Shown: one piece after another, positions 49,566 to 59,860 of the stretch
How positions within the stretch are numbered: position 1 is the first letter of the stretch
Layout of the letters: each line of letters starts with the position of its first letter
NCBI GenBank assembly: GCA_021818905.1
Contig: JAKASS010000004.1
Location: 25-64,024, forward strand
Direction: 5' to 3'
Length of the DNA: 64,000 nt
Source: Nanobdellota archaeon
GTDB taxonomy: Archaea; Nanobdellota; Nanobdellia; Parvarchaeales; Parvarchaeaceae
Position numbers and translations under genes: made by a program
The notes under the pieces: generated by a model
The model's input: the letters and a program-made list of their open reading frames with translations, nothing else
What the model was told of the DNA's origin: nothing
Databases searched by the model: none

Positions 49566-50343
49566 AGAACATAGATCTTATGTTTGTTATTTTTTCCGAG
49601 TCATGGACTGAAAGGACTATCGGGGTAATAGTTATGCTTCCATCCAAAAGCGCACGGACGTCGCCGTCTTTTTCCAAATCCTTTTTTAGAGTACTGTAAA
49701 GCCAATAATATTCTTTGCCGTGCGGGTCTTTGTTCTCCTTGACTATATCCTCAAATACTTTTCTGTCCGTCTTTACTACCTTTATAGGCGTGTTAGGCTT
49801 GACGTTCACTGGAAAGTTTACATTGAGCATCTCTATCTCCGAAGGGAAACCGTGTTCCTTTATCTTAGTTAGTATCGAAACTAGTCGGGAGTGCAGGCTC
49901 TCCATCGCTTCTTTCGCTTCGGCCCCGGATTCGTCTACATAGTGCAGGAAACATTTTGAAAAAGCGACACTGGGTATGTTGGATATTGATGAGAATATCG
50001 CCGCCGATACTGTACCAGAGGAATAAACCGCCATAAGACCTGCGTTCATGCCGGTATTGATTCCTGAAAGGACCATAGTTATCTTATCCTTGAAAAGATG
50101 GTTCAACGCCATAAAAACGCAATCTGCCGGGGTGCCTGACACCGATATGCACGGCATGTCTTCGTATTCTAGCTTCTCGACTCTAAGTGGCTTGTGAAAA
50201 GTAAAACTCATGCCGCTTGAACTTTGTAGTTTATCCGGGGCAACAACTACGACATCACTACCAAATACCTTTTTTGCGGCGCGGTATAAAACATTTATCC
50301 CTGCGCTCTTATATCCGTCGTCATTCGTTACTAAAATTGTCAT
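49549..50343 (-). CDS. surE: 5'/3'-nucleotidase SurE
   Basis: LVTNDDG, GTPADCV, SGIN and SSGTV motifs. Confidence 0.95.
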   Translation of the reverse strand: MTILVTNDDGYKSAGINVLYRAAKKVFGSDVVVVAPDKLQSSSGMSFTFHKPLRVEKLEYEDMPCISVSGTPADCVFMALNHLFKDKITMVLSGINTGMNAGLMAVYSSGTVSAAIFSSISNIPSVAFSKCFLHYVDESGAEAKEAMESLHSRLVSILTKIKEHGFPSEIEMLNVNFPVNVKPNTPIKVVKTDRKVFEDIVKENKDPHGKEYYWLYSTLKKDLEKDGDVRALLDGSITITPIVLSVHDSEKITNIRSMFYDAKN

Positions 50344-50438
50344 ATCTCTTTATTGCCGAATCTTCTAATTTATGAAGTTTCTTTATATAAATAGGCAGGT
50401 AGTCACTGAATCCTTCCGAGCAGAAATATTGAAGTTAT

Positions 50439-50735
50439 CTAGCCAAAAAGACTGCTTAAACCCGCTGCTGCTTCTTCGGCCTTAGGCTCTTCCTTCTTCT
50501 CTTCTTTCTTGCTTTCATGCTGCGCTGGCGCCTGTGCCGCTGGTGCGGCTACTGCAGAAACTTGTGCTTCGCTTATTACTTTGTCAATGTCGACTCCTTT
50601 GAGCGCTGAAACGACTGCCCGTATCTGGCCTTCGTCTGGCTGGCTCCCAGTGGCCGAGATTACGCTCTTAATTGAATCTTCATTTATCTCCTTTCCTAAG
50701 CTGTGCAATAACATCGCTGCGTATACATACTCCAT
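50439..50735 (-). CDS. rpl12: Ribosomal stalk protein P1 (L12p)
   Basis: [11 protein letters not shown]...[10 protein letters not shown]. Confidence 0.96.
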   Translation of the reverse strand: MEYVYAAMLLHSLGKEINEDSIKSVISATGSQPDEGQIRAVVSALKGVDIDKVISEAQVSAVAAPAAQAPAQHESKKEEKKEEPKAEEAAAGLSSLFG

Positions 50736-50741
50736 ATTGAT

Positions 50742-51587
50742 TCATTTGCCTCCTGTGACTTTGGTCAATGCGCCGGCCTGTGCCGATGCCTTAGCCAATA
50801 TGTCTTTGATAGTCGATTTTGAGACTATATTTCTATCTACAGATAAAAATCTTACTCCTATATAAATCTTTTTAATCATGCTTTTTATCGAATATTTGTT
50901 TAGTATCCCTGCCCCGATCGACAAAGCGAGCGACCTTGAGAATGCCGTGCTGACTTCGTTTATGTATTCCGCGGGCATCTTGTACAAGACTGATTTTCCA
51001 AAGATTATCTTGTCATTAAACGCGTAATCTATCGAAAGCATCAATTCCTTCGGCTTTATTTCCATGCTTGAAAGTATGGCGGCTATCTTGTCGCCGACTT
51101 GTACGCCTCTTTTTACTACGGTAGTATCGGCTATGATTGATATCTTGCCGCCTTCGTTCTTTGTCTTTACGCCTATGGAGGAGAATTGGGAAAGCATTGG
51201 TCCGGGCGGGAATGGCGTAGGGCCTGCGGGCAAAACGATGTCTTCAGGTGCCGCTTCGCCTGCTTTTAGCTTTGCGTAAGCCTTGTTTTGCACCGCCACT
51301 CTGGCCATCTCGAACGGGTCCAAATCTGACAACAGTAACACGGGCATCTTTATTTCTTTCGATTTTTCTGCCAGCGCCGGATTTATCTTTTTAAGAGCAT
51401 TGTAGATGACTATCTTGTTCGTGTAGACGAAGTCCGCTTTTCCTCTAAAGGCCTTCCTCACCTGTTCGAAATTATCCGAAGGGAACCCGGAAATTTCGAC
51501 TACTGCCAGCGTCTTATATTTTGCGAGCGATTTACTCAGTTTTTCCGACTCCGCGGATTTTTTTACGGCCCCTTTTGATCTGTTCAT
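50742..51587 (-). CDS. rpl10: Ribosomal protein uL10 (P0)
   Basis: AGPTPFPPGP motif; synteny L1-L10-L12. Confidence 0.92.
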   Translation of the reverse strand: MNRSKGAVKKSAESEKLSKSLAKYKTLAVVEISGFPSDNFEQVRKAFRGKADFVYTNKIVIYNALKKINPALAEKSKEIKMPVLLLSDLDPFEMARVAVQNKAYAKLKAGEAAPEDIVLPAGPTPFPPGPMLSQFSSIGVKTKNEGGKISIIADTTVVKRGVQVGDKIAAILSSMEIKPKELMLSIDYAFNDKIIFGKSVLYKMPAEYINEVSTAFSRSLALSIGAGILNKYSIKSMIKKIYIGVRFLSVDRNIVSKSTIKDILAKASAQAGALTKVTGGK

Positions 51588-52228
51588 ACGGCCACCGGCT
51601 TACCCATCGTCGGCTTTAGGTAAACATGTTTTATAGATGCTTCTCCGTTGACGAAGCCCGCCCTGACCGAAGAGTAGATGGCAGTCACATTTCCGACTAT
51701 CTTTGAATCTTCCATCTTTTCATCGCCTACCTTTACAAGTATCGCATTGTTCTTCTTTGTCGTTATTTTAGTGGCGAACTGTAGTTTTTCTACGGCCGCT
51801 TTAAGATTAGAGGCCGGTGTTATTACCGTTCCTGTCTTCGGATTTGGCATCTTGCTAAGAGCGGAAAGCTGCTTGCCGAACTTTGCGGCTACGGGAGCCA
51901 TTATAGTCGCCTCCGCGAAGAAATAATCATATTCCTTGGAGAGCTTTCTCGTCGATTTCTTATCAAATTTGGCGAAATCGTCCTTCAATACTAATCTAGA
52001 GAAGACGCCTTGCGATTGTGTGGACATGTCTTTATCGACGAATGCGCAGGTCTTTACGTCCCTTACTTTGTTCGGCAGGTAGACCACCGTGTCTATAGCC
52101 TCTTCTGACTTTGCTCTTCTGGGTTTTGTTATTATCACTAAGTCGATAGACTGATTGAATTTCTTCTTTGACTTCTCTGCTTCCTTCTTCACCGCCTTTA
52201 TCGCATTCTCTAAATTTTGAGCGTCCAT
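51584..52228 (-). CDS. rpl1: Ribosomal protein uL1
   Basis: KFNQSIDL, KMPNPK and KPTMGKP motifs. Confidence 0.92.
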   Translation of the reverse strand: MDAQNLENAIKAVKKEAEKSKKKFNQSIDLVIITKPRRAKSEEAIDTVVYLPNKVRDVKTCAFVDKDMSTQSQGVFSRLVLKDDFAKFDKKSTRKLSKEYDYFFAEATIMAPVAAKFGKQLSALSKMPNPKTGTVITPASNLKAAVEKLQFATKITTKKNNAILVKVGDEKMEDSKIVGNVTAIYSSVRAGFVNGEASIKHVYLKPTMGKPVAV

Positions 52229-52304
52229 AATCGGAATATTATGAAGTTTGCGCTTTTAAAGTTTACCCGGGTCGAGAAACCGCGGGTTTCATCGGATCTA
52301 AAAC

Positions 52305-52982
52305 CTAGTCCCTAAACCGCTCTAAGTCCTTTTTGACCGCTGAAGCTAATCCGCTTATGTCATTATAAAACTCGTCTGACCCACTCAGCTCTTTTCTGTT
52401 GAATACGCCTATGAATCTTACGTGCGCACGCTTTGAAGCGATGGCATCGTAAGGGCTGTCGCCGACGTAAAAGGACTTCTTCTTTTTCGCCCCGAGGACG
52501 CTAACGGATCTGTTCACTATATAAGGATCCGGTTTATCGTGAGAACGGCTGTCCGGGTTTATTATCACCTTGGATATCTTATTAAGCCCCAAGACCCGGG
52601 TAAACTTTCTTAGTTCATTCGTATTCATAGACGTCGCTATGCAAAACTTTATGCCGTTTTCTTTTAGAAACCCGATGAGTCCGAGTACGCCCGGATATAT
52701 TTTTACCCGTGCCGCTATGTTTTTGTCTGTGATTATATCGAGTTTCGTTTTCTTTATTTTGCCATATGTCCCGCTCGTGATCTTTATGTGGAACTTTTTC
52801 GCCGCTAATTTAAGAAGCGTCTCTGTGGGGTATCTTATAGCTTGCCCCATGAAGCTTTCGGGGATATCATAACCGCCCAGCACGCTCTTTATCGCGTACT
52901 TCGTGGCGGTCTCGTGTATCTTGAGACTGTCTATAAGGGTGCCGTCTAAGTCAAAAATCAATGCCATTGGATAGGGCGGCAT
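52305..52982 (-). CDS. HAD-family phosphatase
   Basis: FDLDGTL, KPDP and VGDSPYD motifs. Confidence 0.9.
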   Translation of the reverse strand: MPPYPMALIFDLDGTLIDSLKIHETATKYAIKSVLGGYDIPESFMGQAIRYPTETLLKLAAKKFHIKITSGTYGKIKKTKLDIITDKNIAARVKIYPGVLGLIGFLKENGIKFCIATSMNTNELRKFTRVLGLNKISKVIINPDSRSHDKPDPYIVNRSVSVLGAKKKKSFYVGDSPYDAIASKRAHVRFIGVFNRKELSGSDEFYNDISGLASAVKKDLERFRD

Positions 52983-52997
52983 GCTTAATATTTAACG

Positions 52998-53978
52998 TTA
53001 ATCCGCAATGTTCAACATGGAGTCTATTATCAGTTTTGACGCTTCTTTCTCGGAGAAACCCCTAGAGGCAAGGTAGAAAAGTTCCGCTTTGTCTATGTCT
53101 TCTATAGCTGAGGAGTGCCTTGCGGATACGTTCGTGGCTTTTATATCGAGCATCGGTACGGAGTCGGTGAACGCGTCTCCCTCGCTTAGGTTTATGGTCT
53201 TTGTCTCGAAATTTCCGCTGCATTTTTCTTTATGTATCTTTAGCATCCCTCTGAATATCAATGAAGACGGTCCATCTACGACACCCCTCCCACTGACATT
53301 TGACTTGCTGTTGAACCCCGAGTGAAGAACGTTTTGCACGCAATCGTAATGCGCTCCTTTGTCTGCGTACACGTATATCTTAGAATCTACCGAAGCATTC
53401 TCACCTAGGTCACAGTCTCCATGCAAAAATAGGAAGGGATCTTTTATGTGCTTGTTTATAATGGAAAGTTTTGAATTGTCTTTCAGGACTTCCTTTATTC
53501 TTATGTAAGTTATTCCGCTGCCATTTGACTCAAACTCCAATTGGTTATCTGAACTGGCTTCGCATTCGACCCACAAGGTTACGAAGGAGAGATTGTAGTC
53601 CCCCATCGATATTTTTAGCCTCGAATTTTTCCGCATTCTCGCTTTTATCGAACCTAAAAGTGAATCGTTTTTCCCAAATTCCAGTACGCTGTCTCCGTCT
53701 ACTTCTCCAGTCAAGTTAAAATTTTGGAATTTTCTTATTATGTTCAACGGTGTCTCGTTTGCCCCCTCAAAAAACTCTTCGTAACCCGAATCTTCAAATC
53801 CACCCCTTTCTGTCGGTGAGACCTTTTCTATCACATTAAAGTCAGAAATATCGAGCTTAGAGAAATCCGTGTATGCCTTTACAGTCGGTGAATCTTTCCA
53901 TTCTTTCTTCCGTTCAGAAAGTACGCCATTTTCTTTTATTATTGTCCCTATAGTCTGCATATAGCTACCCTGTAGCAC
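52998..53978 (-). CDS. sufD: SufD-like Fe-S assembly protein
   Basis: PMLDI...ARHSS and LFYLASRG motifs; follows sufB. Confidence 0.85.
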   Translation of the reverse strand: MLQGSYMQTIGTIIKENGVLSERKKEWKDSPTVKAYTDFSKLDISDFNVIEKVSPTERGGFEDSGYEEFFEGANETPLNIIRKFQNFNLTGEVDGDSVLEFGKNDSLLGSIKARMRKNSRLKISMGDYNLSFVTLWVECEASSDNQLEFESNGSGITYIRIKEVLKDNSKLSIINKHIKDPFLFLHGDCDLGENASVDSKIYVYADKGAHYDCVQNVLHSGFNSKSNVSGRGVVDGPSSLIFRGMLKIHKEKCSGNFETKTINLSEGDAFTDSVPMLDIKATNVSARHSSAIEDIDKAELFYLASRGFSEKEASKLIIDSMLNIAD

Positions 53979-55401
53979 CGGGAAGTGTTGAGATTTCTAT
54001 TTCTATCAGTTTGTTTATCTCGACTGCAAATTCCAAAGGTATCTCTTTAAGAACAGAATCCAAGAAGCCCAATACTATCAAAGACCTGGCTTGGGTCTCG
54101 GTTAACCCTCTTGACATTAGATAAAATAACTTATCCTTAGATATCTTCCCGACCGTAGCCTCGTGATAGACCTTGGCAGTCGGACTAAGGACTTCATTGT
54201 GCGGGAATGCAGCTGTTACCGCATTGTCTTCCAGAAGCAACGAATCACACTGCGTGTAAGCCTTCGAATTGGCCGCATTCTTGTTTATTCTTAATAATCC
54301 CCGATACACGGCTGAACCGCCCCCCATGCTTATCGATTTGGAGATTATCTTTGCACTTTGGTTTGGTGCCGACATTATGACCTTCGAACCACTATCTTTC
54401 CAAGTGGCGGGTTGCGCAAACGAAACGGTAAGATTTGAACTGCTAGCGCCCTCTCCTATAAGATAAGAAGCGGGGTAGAGCATTGTAACCTTTGAGCCGA
54501 GAGTCGCTTCTACCCACTCCATCTGTCCTTTTTCTCCGACTATCGCGCGTTTTGTGTTTAGGTTATAGACATTTCTGCTCCAATTTTCTGCTGATATGAA
54601 TTTTACTTTTGCGCCTTTATTTACGAAAACTTCCACTATGGCGGCGTGCAAGGCTTTGCTGTCTGGTTCATAAACCGCTGCACTACAACCTTCTGTATAC
54701 GTTACCTCGCTTCCTTCGTCTGCGATTATCAAGGTGTGCTCGAATTGGGCGCCTTCTTTCCTATTCATCCTAAAGTAAGTCTGGAGCGGCGTCGTTATCT
54801 TTACGCCTGGGGGTATGTAAATGAACGCCCCCCCACTCCATACTGCACCGTGTAGTGCTGCAAATTTATTATCCGTGAAAGGGACTGCCTTCATAAAATA
54901 CTTTTTGACTAGATCTGGATGCTCTTTTAGAGCCGTATCTACGTCCGTAAAAATTACGCCCTTATCGGCCCATTCTTTTCTTAACTTTGAGACGACACCA
55001 TCCGAATCGAATACGCTTAGCGACCCTGCGAGGATCTTTCTCTCGGCTTCCGGTACTCCTATTTTTTCGTATGTATCTTTTATTTCCTTCGGTACTTTTT
55101 CCCAATCATTTGTCAAGTCTGCATTCGGCGGGGAATAATAATAAAATTTACTGAAATCCATATCCTTGTCCAACTCTGGATAACCCCATGTCGGCGTAGG
55201 CCTTTTCAGGAACTCTGCGTAAGAATCTAATCTGAGTTTAAGCATCCATTCCGGTTCTTTCTTTATTTTCGATATCTCCCTTACCAGTCCTTCGCTTATG
55301 CCGGCGCCGAGATCATGTCTGTATTTTGTATCCGTATGGAAACCGAACTTATAGTCCATCCCGACTTCTCTTAATTCCTGTACTTTCTCTAGTCCATCCA
55401 T
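53965..55401 (-). CDS. sufB: Fe-S assembly scaffold SufB
   Basis: QFEHTLI, EGCSA, CDSL and HEATVG motifs. Confidence 0.96.
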   Translation of the reverse strand: MDGLEKVQELREVGMDYKFGFHTDTKYRHDLGAGISEGLVREISKIKKEPEWMLKLRLDSYAEFLKRPTPTWGYPELDKDMDFSKFYYYSPPNADLTNDWEKVPKEIKDTYEKIGVPEAERKILAGSLSVFDSDGVVSKLRKEWADKGVIFTDVDTALKEHPDLVKKYFMKAVPFTDNKFAALHGAVWSGGAFIYIPPGVKITTPLQTYFRMNRKEGAQFEHTLIIADEGSEVTYTEGCSAAVYEPDSKALHAAIVEVFVNKGAKVKFISAENWSRNVYNLNTKRAIVGEKGQMEWVEATLGSKVTMLYPASYLIGEGASSSNLTVSFAQPATWKDSGSKVIMSAPNQSAKIISKSISMGGGSAVYRGLLRINKNAANSKAYTQCDSLLLEDNAVTAAFPHNEVLSPTAKVYHEATVGKISKDKLFYLMSRGLTETQARSLIVLGFLDSVLKEIPLEFAVEINKLIEIEISTLPGATG

Positions 55402-56096
55402 ACAAAACCGTCCTTCTCTATTTTAGCGGCCATCTCTTTTCCGCCAGAAGCTTCTATTCTCCCGTTTTTTATTATATTGACTTGATCGACATTGAGATAC
55501 TTGAACACGGCTGGGTTGTGAGTCACTATAAGGAAACCAGAATCGGATCCATTTATCAGTTCGGAGACCGACTTTAGGCTATCTACGTCTAGGCCGGAGT
55601 CGAATTCGTCTACTAGCGCGTACTTCGGTCTGAAAAGAAGCATCTGCAATACTTCCAGTTTCTTTTTCTCGCCGCCGGACGACGTAGTATTCAGGTTCCT
55701 GGATAATATCTCTCTATCGAAATTCATCTTCTTTACGACGGAATCCAAGTTCTGCGAAAAATCTGAAGCGCTGCCCATCATTTTTTGGTACGCTGCCCTG
55801 ACAAATCTAAGCGAGTTCAAACCTTCTACGTCTTGAGGTTCTTGGAATATCATAAAAAGACCTTTCTTAGATTTTTCATTTGGCGGGAGCTTTGTTATGT
55901 CTTCTCCGTCAAGAAGAACTTTACCACTAGTCATCGTGTAGGCGGGGTCGCCCATCAGGCTTTTGCATACCGTGCTCTTGCCGCTGCCGTTCGGACCCAT
56001 AAGGATTATTTTCTTGCCGGATCCGATGAAAAGATCCACTTTATTCAGTATCTGCTTGTCTCCTACGGAAACGCTCAGGTCTCTTATCTCAAGCAT
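55389..56096 (-). CDS. sufC: Fe-S assembly ATPase SufC
   Basis: GPNGSGKST, SGGEKKK and DEFDSGLDVD motifs. Confidence 0.95.
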   Translation of the reverse strand: MLEIRDLSVSVGDKQILNKVDLFIGSGKKIILMGPNGSGKSTVCKSLMGDPAYTMTSGKVLLDGEDITKLPPNEKSKKGLFMIFQEPQDVEGLNSLRFVRAAYQKMMGSASDFSQNLDSVVKKMNFDREILSRNLNTTSSGGEKKKLEVLQMLLFRPKYALVDEFDSGLDVDSLKSVSELINGSDSGFLIVTHNPAVFKYLNVDQVNIIKNGRIEASGGKEMAAKIEKDGFVWMD

Positions 56097-56463
56097 GCTT
56101 ATCCCTCTTCTTTGACATCTCTACGAGGCATATGAACGGCGTCATCTCCTTTTTCAGGATCGCCCCGGATGCCCGGGTCTTCTCGCATATCTCACAGGTC
56201 TTGAAAATCATATCTGCGCTTCCGGCCGATATATCGTCAGCGAGTCTATCAAAGTAAGCCGACAGTTTATTATTTGATTTCATTTCTGATGAAAAGCTGC
56301 CACGCAACTTCTTATTATATTGGGAGATCGCAGGTTGGGTGACGTTCAGCAGTTTGGCTATTTCCTCTTGGGTGATATTCCTGTCCAGGAGTTTTTCGGT
56401 CAATATCGCCCTTGCGGAAGGGACTATTTCGTTCAAAGTCTTTTTACAGAACAGTTCTGGCAT
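56089..56463 (-). CDS. HTH regulator with 4 Cys heading the suf operon (COG2522-like)
   Basis: TQEEIAKLLNVTQPAISQY; Cys in LFC, CEIC and FICL. Confidence 0.8.
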   Translation of the reverse strand: MPELFCKKTLNEIVPSARAILTEKLLDRNITQEEIAKLLNVTQPAISQYNKKLRGSFSSEMKSNNKLSAYFDRLADDISAGSADMIFKTCEICEKTRASGAILKKEMTPFICLVEMSKKRDKHA

Positions 56464-56500
56464 ATTATTACTATTCTAATACTTATGGCGTACTTATAAA

Positions 56501-56515
56501 TATAACGGCGTTATA
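56501..56515. promoter_or_regulatory. Palindrome upstream of the suf operon promoter
   Basis: TATAACG-g-CGTTATA next to TATA-like 56493-56500. Confidence 0.55.
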
Positions 56516-56541
56516 AAAAGAAGTAAAACCGCAAAAATTTG

Positions 56542-57015
56542 CTATCCTTTGATCGTGTCTATAATCCTTTTTCTGTAGTCTTTTACGGTATCATCGGTCA
56601 ATTTATTAGTGAGATTTATTATATTGTTTACGATTATTTTTGCCCTGTTGAGTTCCTCGTGCAATTCTGCATCGCTTTTAGTCTTTAAATAATATTGTGC
56701 GTCTATCCTAAGATCCCTTGCTTTTTTGATGTCATTCACGTCGATTTTCTTATCGAGAAGAAACTCTGCGATTTCGATCGAGCAGTCGTGATTCTCACAT
56801 TTTATGCCCACTATCGTAAGAAATGAGTATAACGCATAATATTCTGCATAGTATATCATCGAAGTGGACCAAACGAGATCCTTGGATTCTAGCGTCAATT
56901 CCGCGGATTTTAACGTTTGTTTGGATAAATTAATGAAAGACGAACTTATATTGGGATTAGGGGGCATAAGTTTAGCTCCCGCTTTCTTAAAACACCAATT
57001 TATCTTACTTTCCAT
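56542..57015 (-). CDS. HEPN-domain protein
   Basis: YYAEYYA, CENHDCS and RIDAQY (Rx4Y). Confidence 0.82.
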   Translation of the reverse strand: MESKINWCFKKAGAKLMPPNPNISSSFINLSKQTLKSAELTLESKDLVWSTSMIYYAEYYALYSFLTIVGIKCENHDCSIEIAEFLLDKKIDVNDIKKARDLRIDAQYYLKTKSDAELHEELNRAKIIVNNIINLTNKLTDDTVKDYRKRIIDTIKG

Positions 57016-57607
57016 ATTTCTCGATTACCTTTTCTATAAATAAGTCTAATCCTTTGATCAGTACGTGATTTTCCATGACTTCTTTCAACAATGGCTCCCC
57101 CTTTTCTATGGCATCACAAAAAATACTATATTCCATCCGAATTTCATGTATCTTTACTGGTAGGATATAGGACGGCAAGTCCTCTTTGCACCTTCCATCG
57201 GTCACTACGAGCATGTCTAAATCACTTTCTTTTGTCTGGCCCCCTCTCGCGTAACTTCCAAATATAGACAATGTATGTATATGATCGATCCTCTCCACCT
57301 GCCTTATAAACTCCTTAAAAATGTCGTTCTTTTCCATAAATTTGATTTTCTTATATGTTTCGCTGAGAAGAATAAAACTCGACAGGAGCGGCTCATTGAA
57401 ATTAAGCGCCATTATTTTGGACCTGCCACTCTCCTTATATTTGATAACGCCAATGGATATCAATTCGCTCAAAAGTTTACTGGTTTTTGCAGCATTTTGA
57501 CGCAGTATCCTCGCAATCTCCCTAACGTGCAATAAAGAACTTGGTCTCGAGAATAGGAGAGTTATTATTTCCGAATAACCAAACATATGTATATATTTAT
57601 TAAACAT
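57005..57607 (-). CDS. HTH-fused MNT nucleotidyltransferase (start may be 57586)
   Basis: HVREIARIL HTH; IFGSYARGGQTKESDLD. Confidence 0.88.
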   Translation of the reverse strand: MFNKYIHMFGYSEIITLLFSRPSSLLHVREIARILRQNAAKTSKLLSELISIGVIKYKESGRSKIMALNFNEPLLSSFILLSETYKKIKFMEKNDIFKEFIRQVERIDHIHTLSIFGSYARGGQTKESDLDMLVVTDGRCKEDLPSYILPVKIHEIRMEYSIFCDAIEKGEPLLKEVMENHVLIKGLDLFIEKVIEKYGK

Positions 57608-57632
57608 ATGTTTATATTATTTATACATATAT
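57581..57632. promoter_or_regulatory. ACATATGT palindrome array (putative operator)
   Basis: Cores at 57583 and 57604 (perfect TAAACATATGTTTA); near-copy at 57625. Confidence 0.65.
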
Positions 57633-57829
57633 AAATACTTGATCAAAGTCTTTCTATCGGCCCGCGACAGAAGATCGATGCTTCTTTTACTTTCGGCAGG
57701 TATTTAGACACGAGCTCTTCCGATTCCTTTTCCGACGACTAAGCGATCATTAATTCTAGAAGAGATTTAAGTATTTTAATTGAATCATGATAAATAAGTA
57801 TTCATACTTAGTCCACCTATTCTACTTAG

Positions 57830-58060
57830 GTGACGAATATGACAAATATGACGCTAGCAGTTCCACCGGAACTAACAGAACTTATGAAGAAACATAAAGA
57901 TATAAAATGGAGCGAAGTCGCTAGACGGGCGTTAATCGAAAAAGCGAAAGAATTAGAACTAATGGACAAGATTTTGGCGACGAGTAAATTGACCGAAAAA
58001 GATGCGCTTGAGATTGGTAAAAAGCTTAAAGAAAACATGGCAAAAAGACATGGTTTATGA
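57830..58060 (+). CDS. Antitoxin (RHH)
   Basis: NMTLAVP...IKWSEVARRAL; overlaps the PIN gene start. Confidence 0.8.
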   Translation: MTNMTNMTLAVPPELTELMKKHKDIKWSEVARRALIEKAKELELMDKILATSKLTEKDALEIGKKLKENMAKRHGL

Positions 58061-58401
58061 TTCTTGTTATCGACGCAAACTGCATTATCGCGGCGCTTAT
58101 TAGAAACAGTAAATCCCGCGAAATAATTATAAGCGGTAAATTTGATCTGGTTTCTCCCGATTATTTACTCGATGAGATAAATAAACATTTAGAATACATA
58201 ACAAATAAGAGTGGCATATCTCTGGAAGAATTGAAACTATTGCTTGCTCTTCTGATACGTAAAATACGTATCATTCCACACGGAGATTATAAAGCCAAGA
58301 CGAGTCTAGCGCAGAAAATAATGAGAAAAGACGTAAAGGATGTTCCTTACGTAGCGTGTTGTTTAGCGTTGAATTGCGATGAAGGCCGCTTACAAAAGTA
58401 A
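58057..58401 (+). CDS. vapC: PIN-domain toxin, probably C-terminally truncated
   Basis: VIDANCIIAAL and DVKDVPYVA present; ends before the usual terminal (S/T)xD motif. Confidence 0.75.
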   Translation: MILVIDANCIIAALIRNSKSREIIISGKFDLVSPDYLLDEINKHLEYITNKSGISLEELKLLLALLIRKIRIIPHGDYKAKTSLAQKIMRKDVKDVPYVACCLALNCDEGRLQK

Positions 58402-58559
58402 AAATCTTGCCGGCTATTTACAATTCTGGGATGACAATAAATGTATACGGTAAAAAATCTGCTTTGGTTTTGTGGAGCAAGCACCCTATAACAATTATAC
58501 TAGACAACGCGGAGATAAGCAAAAACCTTAAATTATATTTCGAATTGTCGTGGTCAGCA

Positions 58560-59435
58560 TCAAAAAATTTTTGATTTTGTCTGAGTCTTTGGTCTTAATA
58601 CTACAAAGGAACCTTCACTTAACAGTTTTTCGTCTGAGTCTTTGACGTATCTAAAGGCTGTAGAAGTTTCTGATTGTTTGTATTCGAAAACTTTATTTAT
58701 GGAAGCATCTAAAATATAAGTTTCTGAATTTATTCCCTGGTCTGGATATATTTTTGGGAATGCGAGCACCACCCATGCGTGTTCACAGAAATCATCTTTG
58801 TCCTCTAAAATATAGCCGTTCCCCACCGTAGATCTTCCACCTAACCGTTTTATCTCTGGATCATTTGAAAGCAAATAGTTCAGAACCAACGCCTTTTCAA
58901 AGCATACTGCCGGCAGGTCTCTAGTCAGAATATCCTGCAGATTTATGATCTTATCATCATACAGTCTGCCCCAGACCACATCCATTGCTTTGTCTGACTC
59001 CTTACCCAGGCCGTCAAATAGGTTCGGTATATTGTAGATCGCTGCCGGATAGCCAAAAAGTCTTTCTATCGCAGTCTTTTCTTTATTTTGTTCTATCTCC
59101 TTACTTAACAGGCGTTTCATAATATCGTGCTCCGGAATAGAAACCAGATAGGTCAAATTGCGGCACAGATCTCCAGGTCCTATCTCTGCTGCAGAAAAAC
59201 TTATCTTGTCATAGTTTTCATCTAAACTGTCAAGTATCTGATCTAATGGTTTCGATGCGCCGGGGTATTTCGTCTTTACCGTCTCAAAAAGTTTGGCGAT
59301 GCGTTTTTTGGATGTCCCTACGCTAGTCTCGGTGTCTCTATCCAAATATTTTTCTAAAAGAGACTGTTCTTTTGCCGTTAAAGATCCGCCGACGATTTCC
59401 ACTTTTTTTTCGGGTAAAGACTTTACTTTCATCAT
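58560..59435 (-). CDS. Transglutaminase-like (Cys-His-Asp) protein
   Basis: AVCFEKA, EHAWV and ILDAS in the expected order. Confidence 0.6.
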   Translation of the reverse strand: MMKVKSLPEKKVEIVGGSLTAKEQSLLEKYLDRDTETSVGTSKKRIAKLFETVKTKYPGASKPLDQILDSLDENYDKISFSAAEIGPGDLCRNLTYLVSIPEHDIMKRLLSKEIEQNKEKTAIERLFGYPAAIYNIPNLFDGLGKESDKAMDVVWGRLYDDKIINLQDILTRDLPAVCFEKALVLNYLLSNDPEIKRLGGRSTVGNGYILEDKDDFCEHAWVVLAFPKIYPDQGINSETYILDASINKVFEYKQSETSTAFRYVKDSDEKLLSEGSFVVLRPKTQTKSKIF

Positions 59436-59482
59436 ATTATAAGGACGGTGTTTTTATAAAATAACCTATAAAGTCTTTTGAC

Positions 59483-59676
59483 TTAGTTTTTAGTGCGACG
59501 TTTACGTCCGGTACCGTCCCTCGGTAGTGAGTCGCCTAACGTCCCCAAATCGTTTATGTAGGACTTTCGGTAGTATTTTATAAGCCTTACGGCTAGTCTA
59601 GCGGTCTTGCTGTCTCTTCTCTGTACCGGCTCATAAGCTGGCCCAGAGTCGTGTTTTCCAGGTCGTTAGTTTCCAT
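59483..59676 (-). pseudogene. Frameshifted small ORF
   Basis: AGGAG RBS; METNDLENTTLGQLMSRYRE then, in a shifted frame, DSKTARLAVRLIKYYRKSY... Confidence 0.4.
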
Positions 59677-59860
59677 TCTTTTTTTAATCTCCTATTTTAA
59701 GATATACTTTATAGTAGTTATAAGATTGGAATGGCTATTTAAAGGTTTGTTTTTGTGGTAGGCGCATGCATTGGGGATGGAAAGCGCCCAATCAAATTCG
59801 CTTTATGACTGCCTACTCAAAGAAAGTCTTTCCTTTATAGTTTTTAGGCGCCCATATCGC

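Noticed and set aside
59483..59676. Possible omega/HEARO-type ncRNA
   Set aside because: No IscB/TnpB nearby; better explained as a frameshifted ORF with its own RBS
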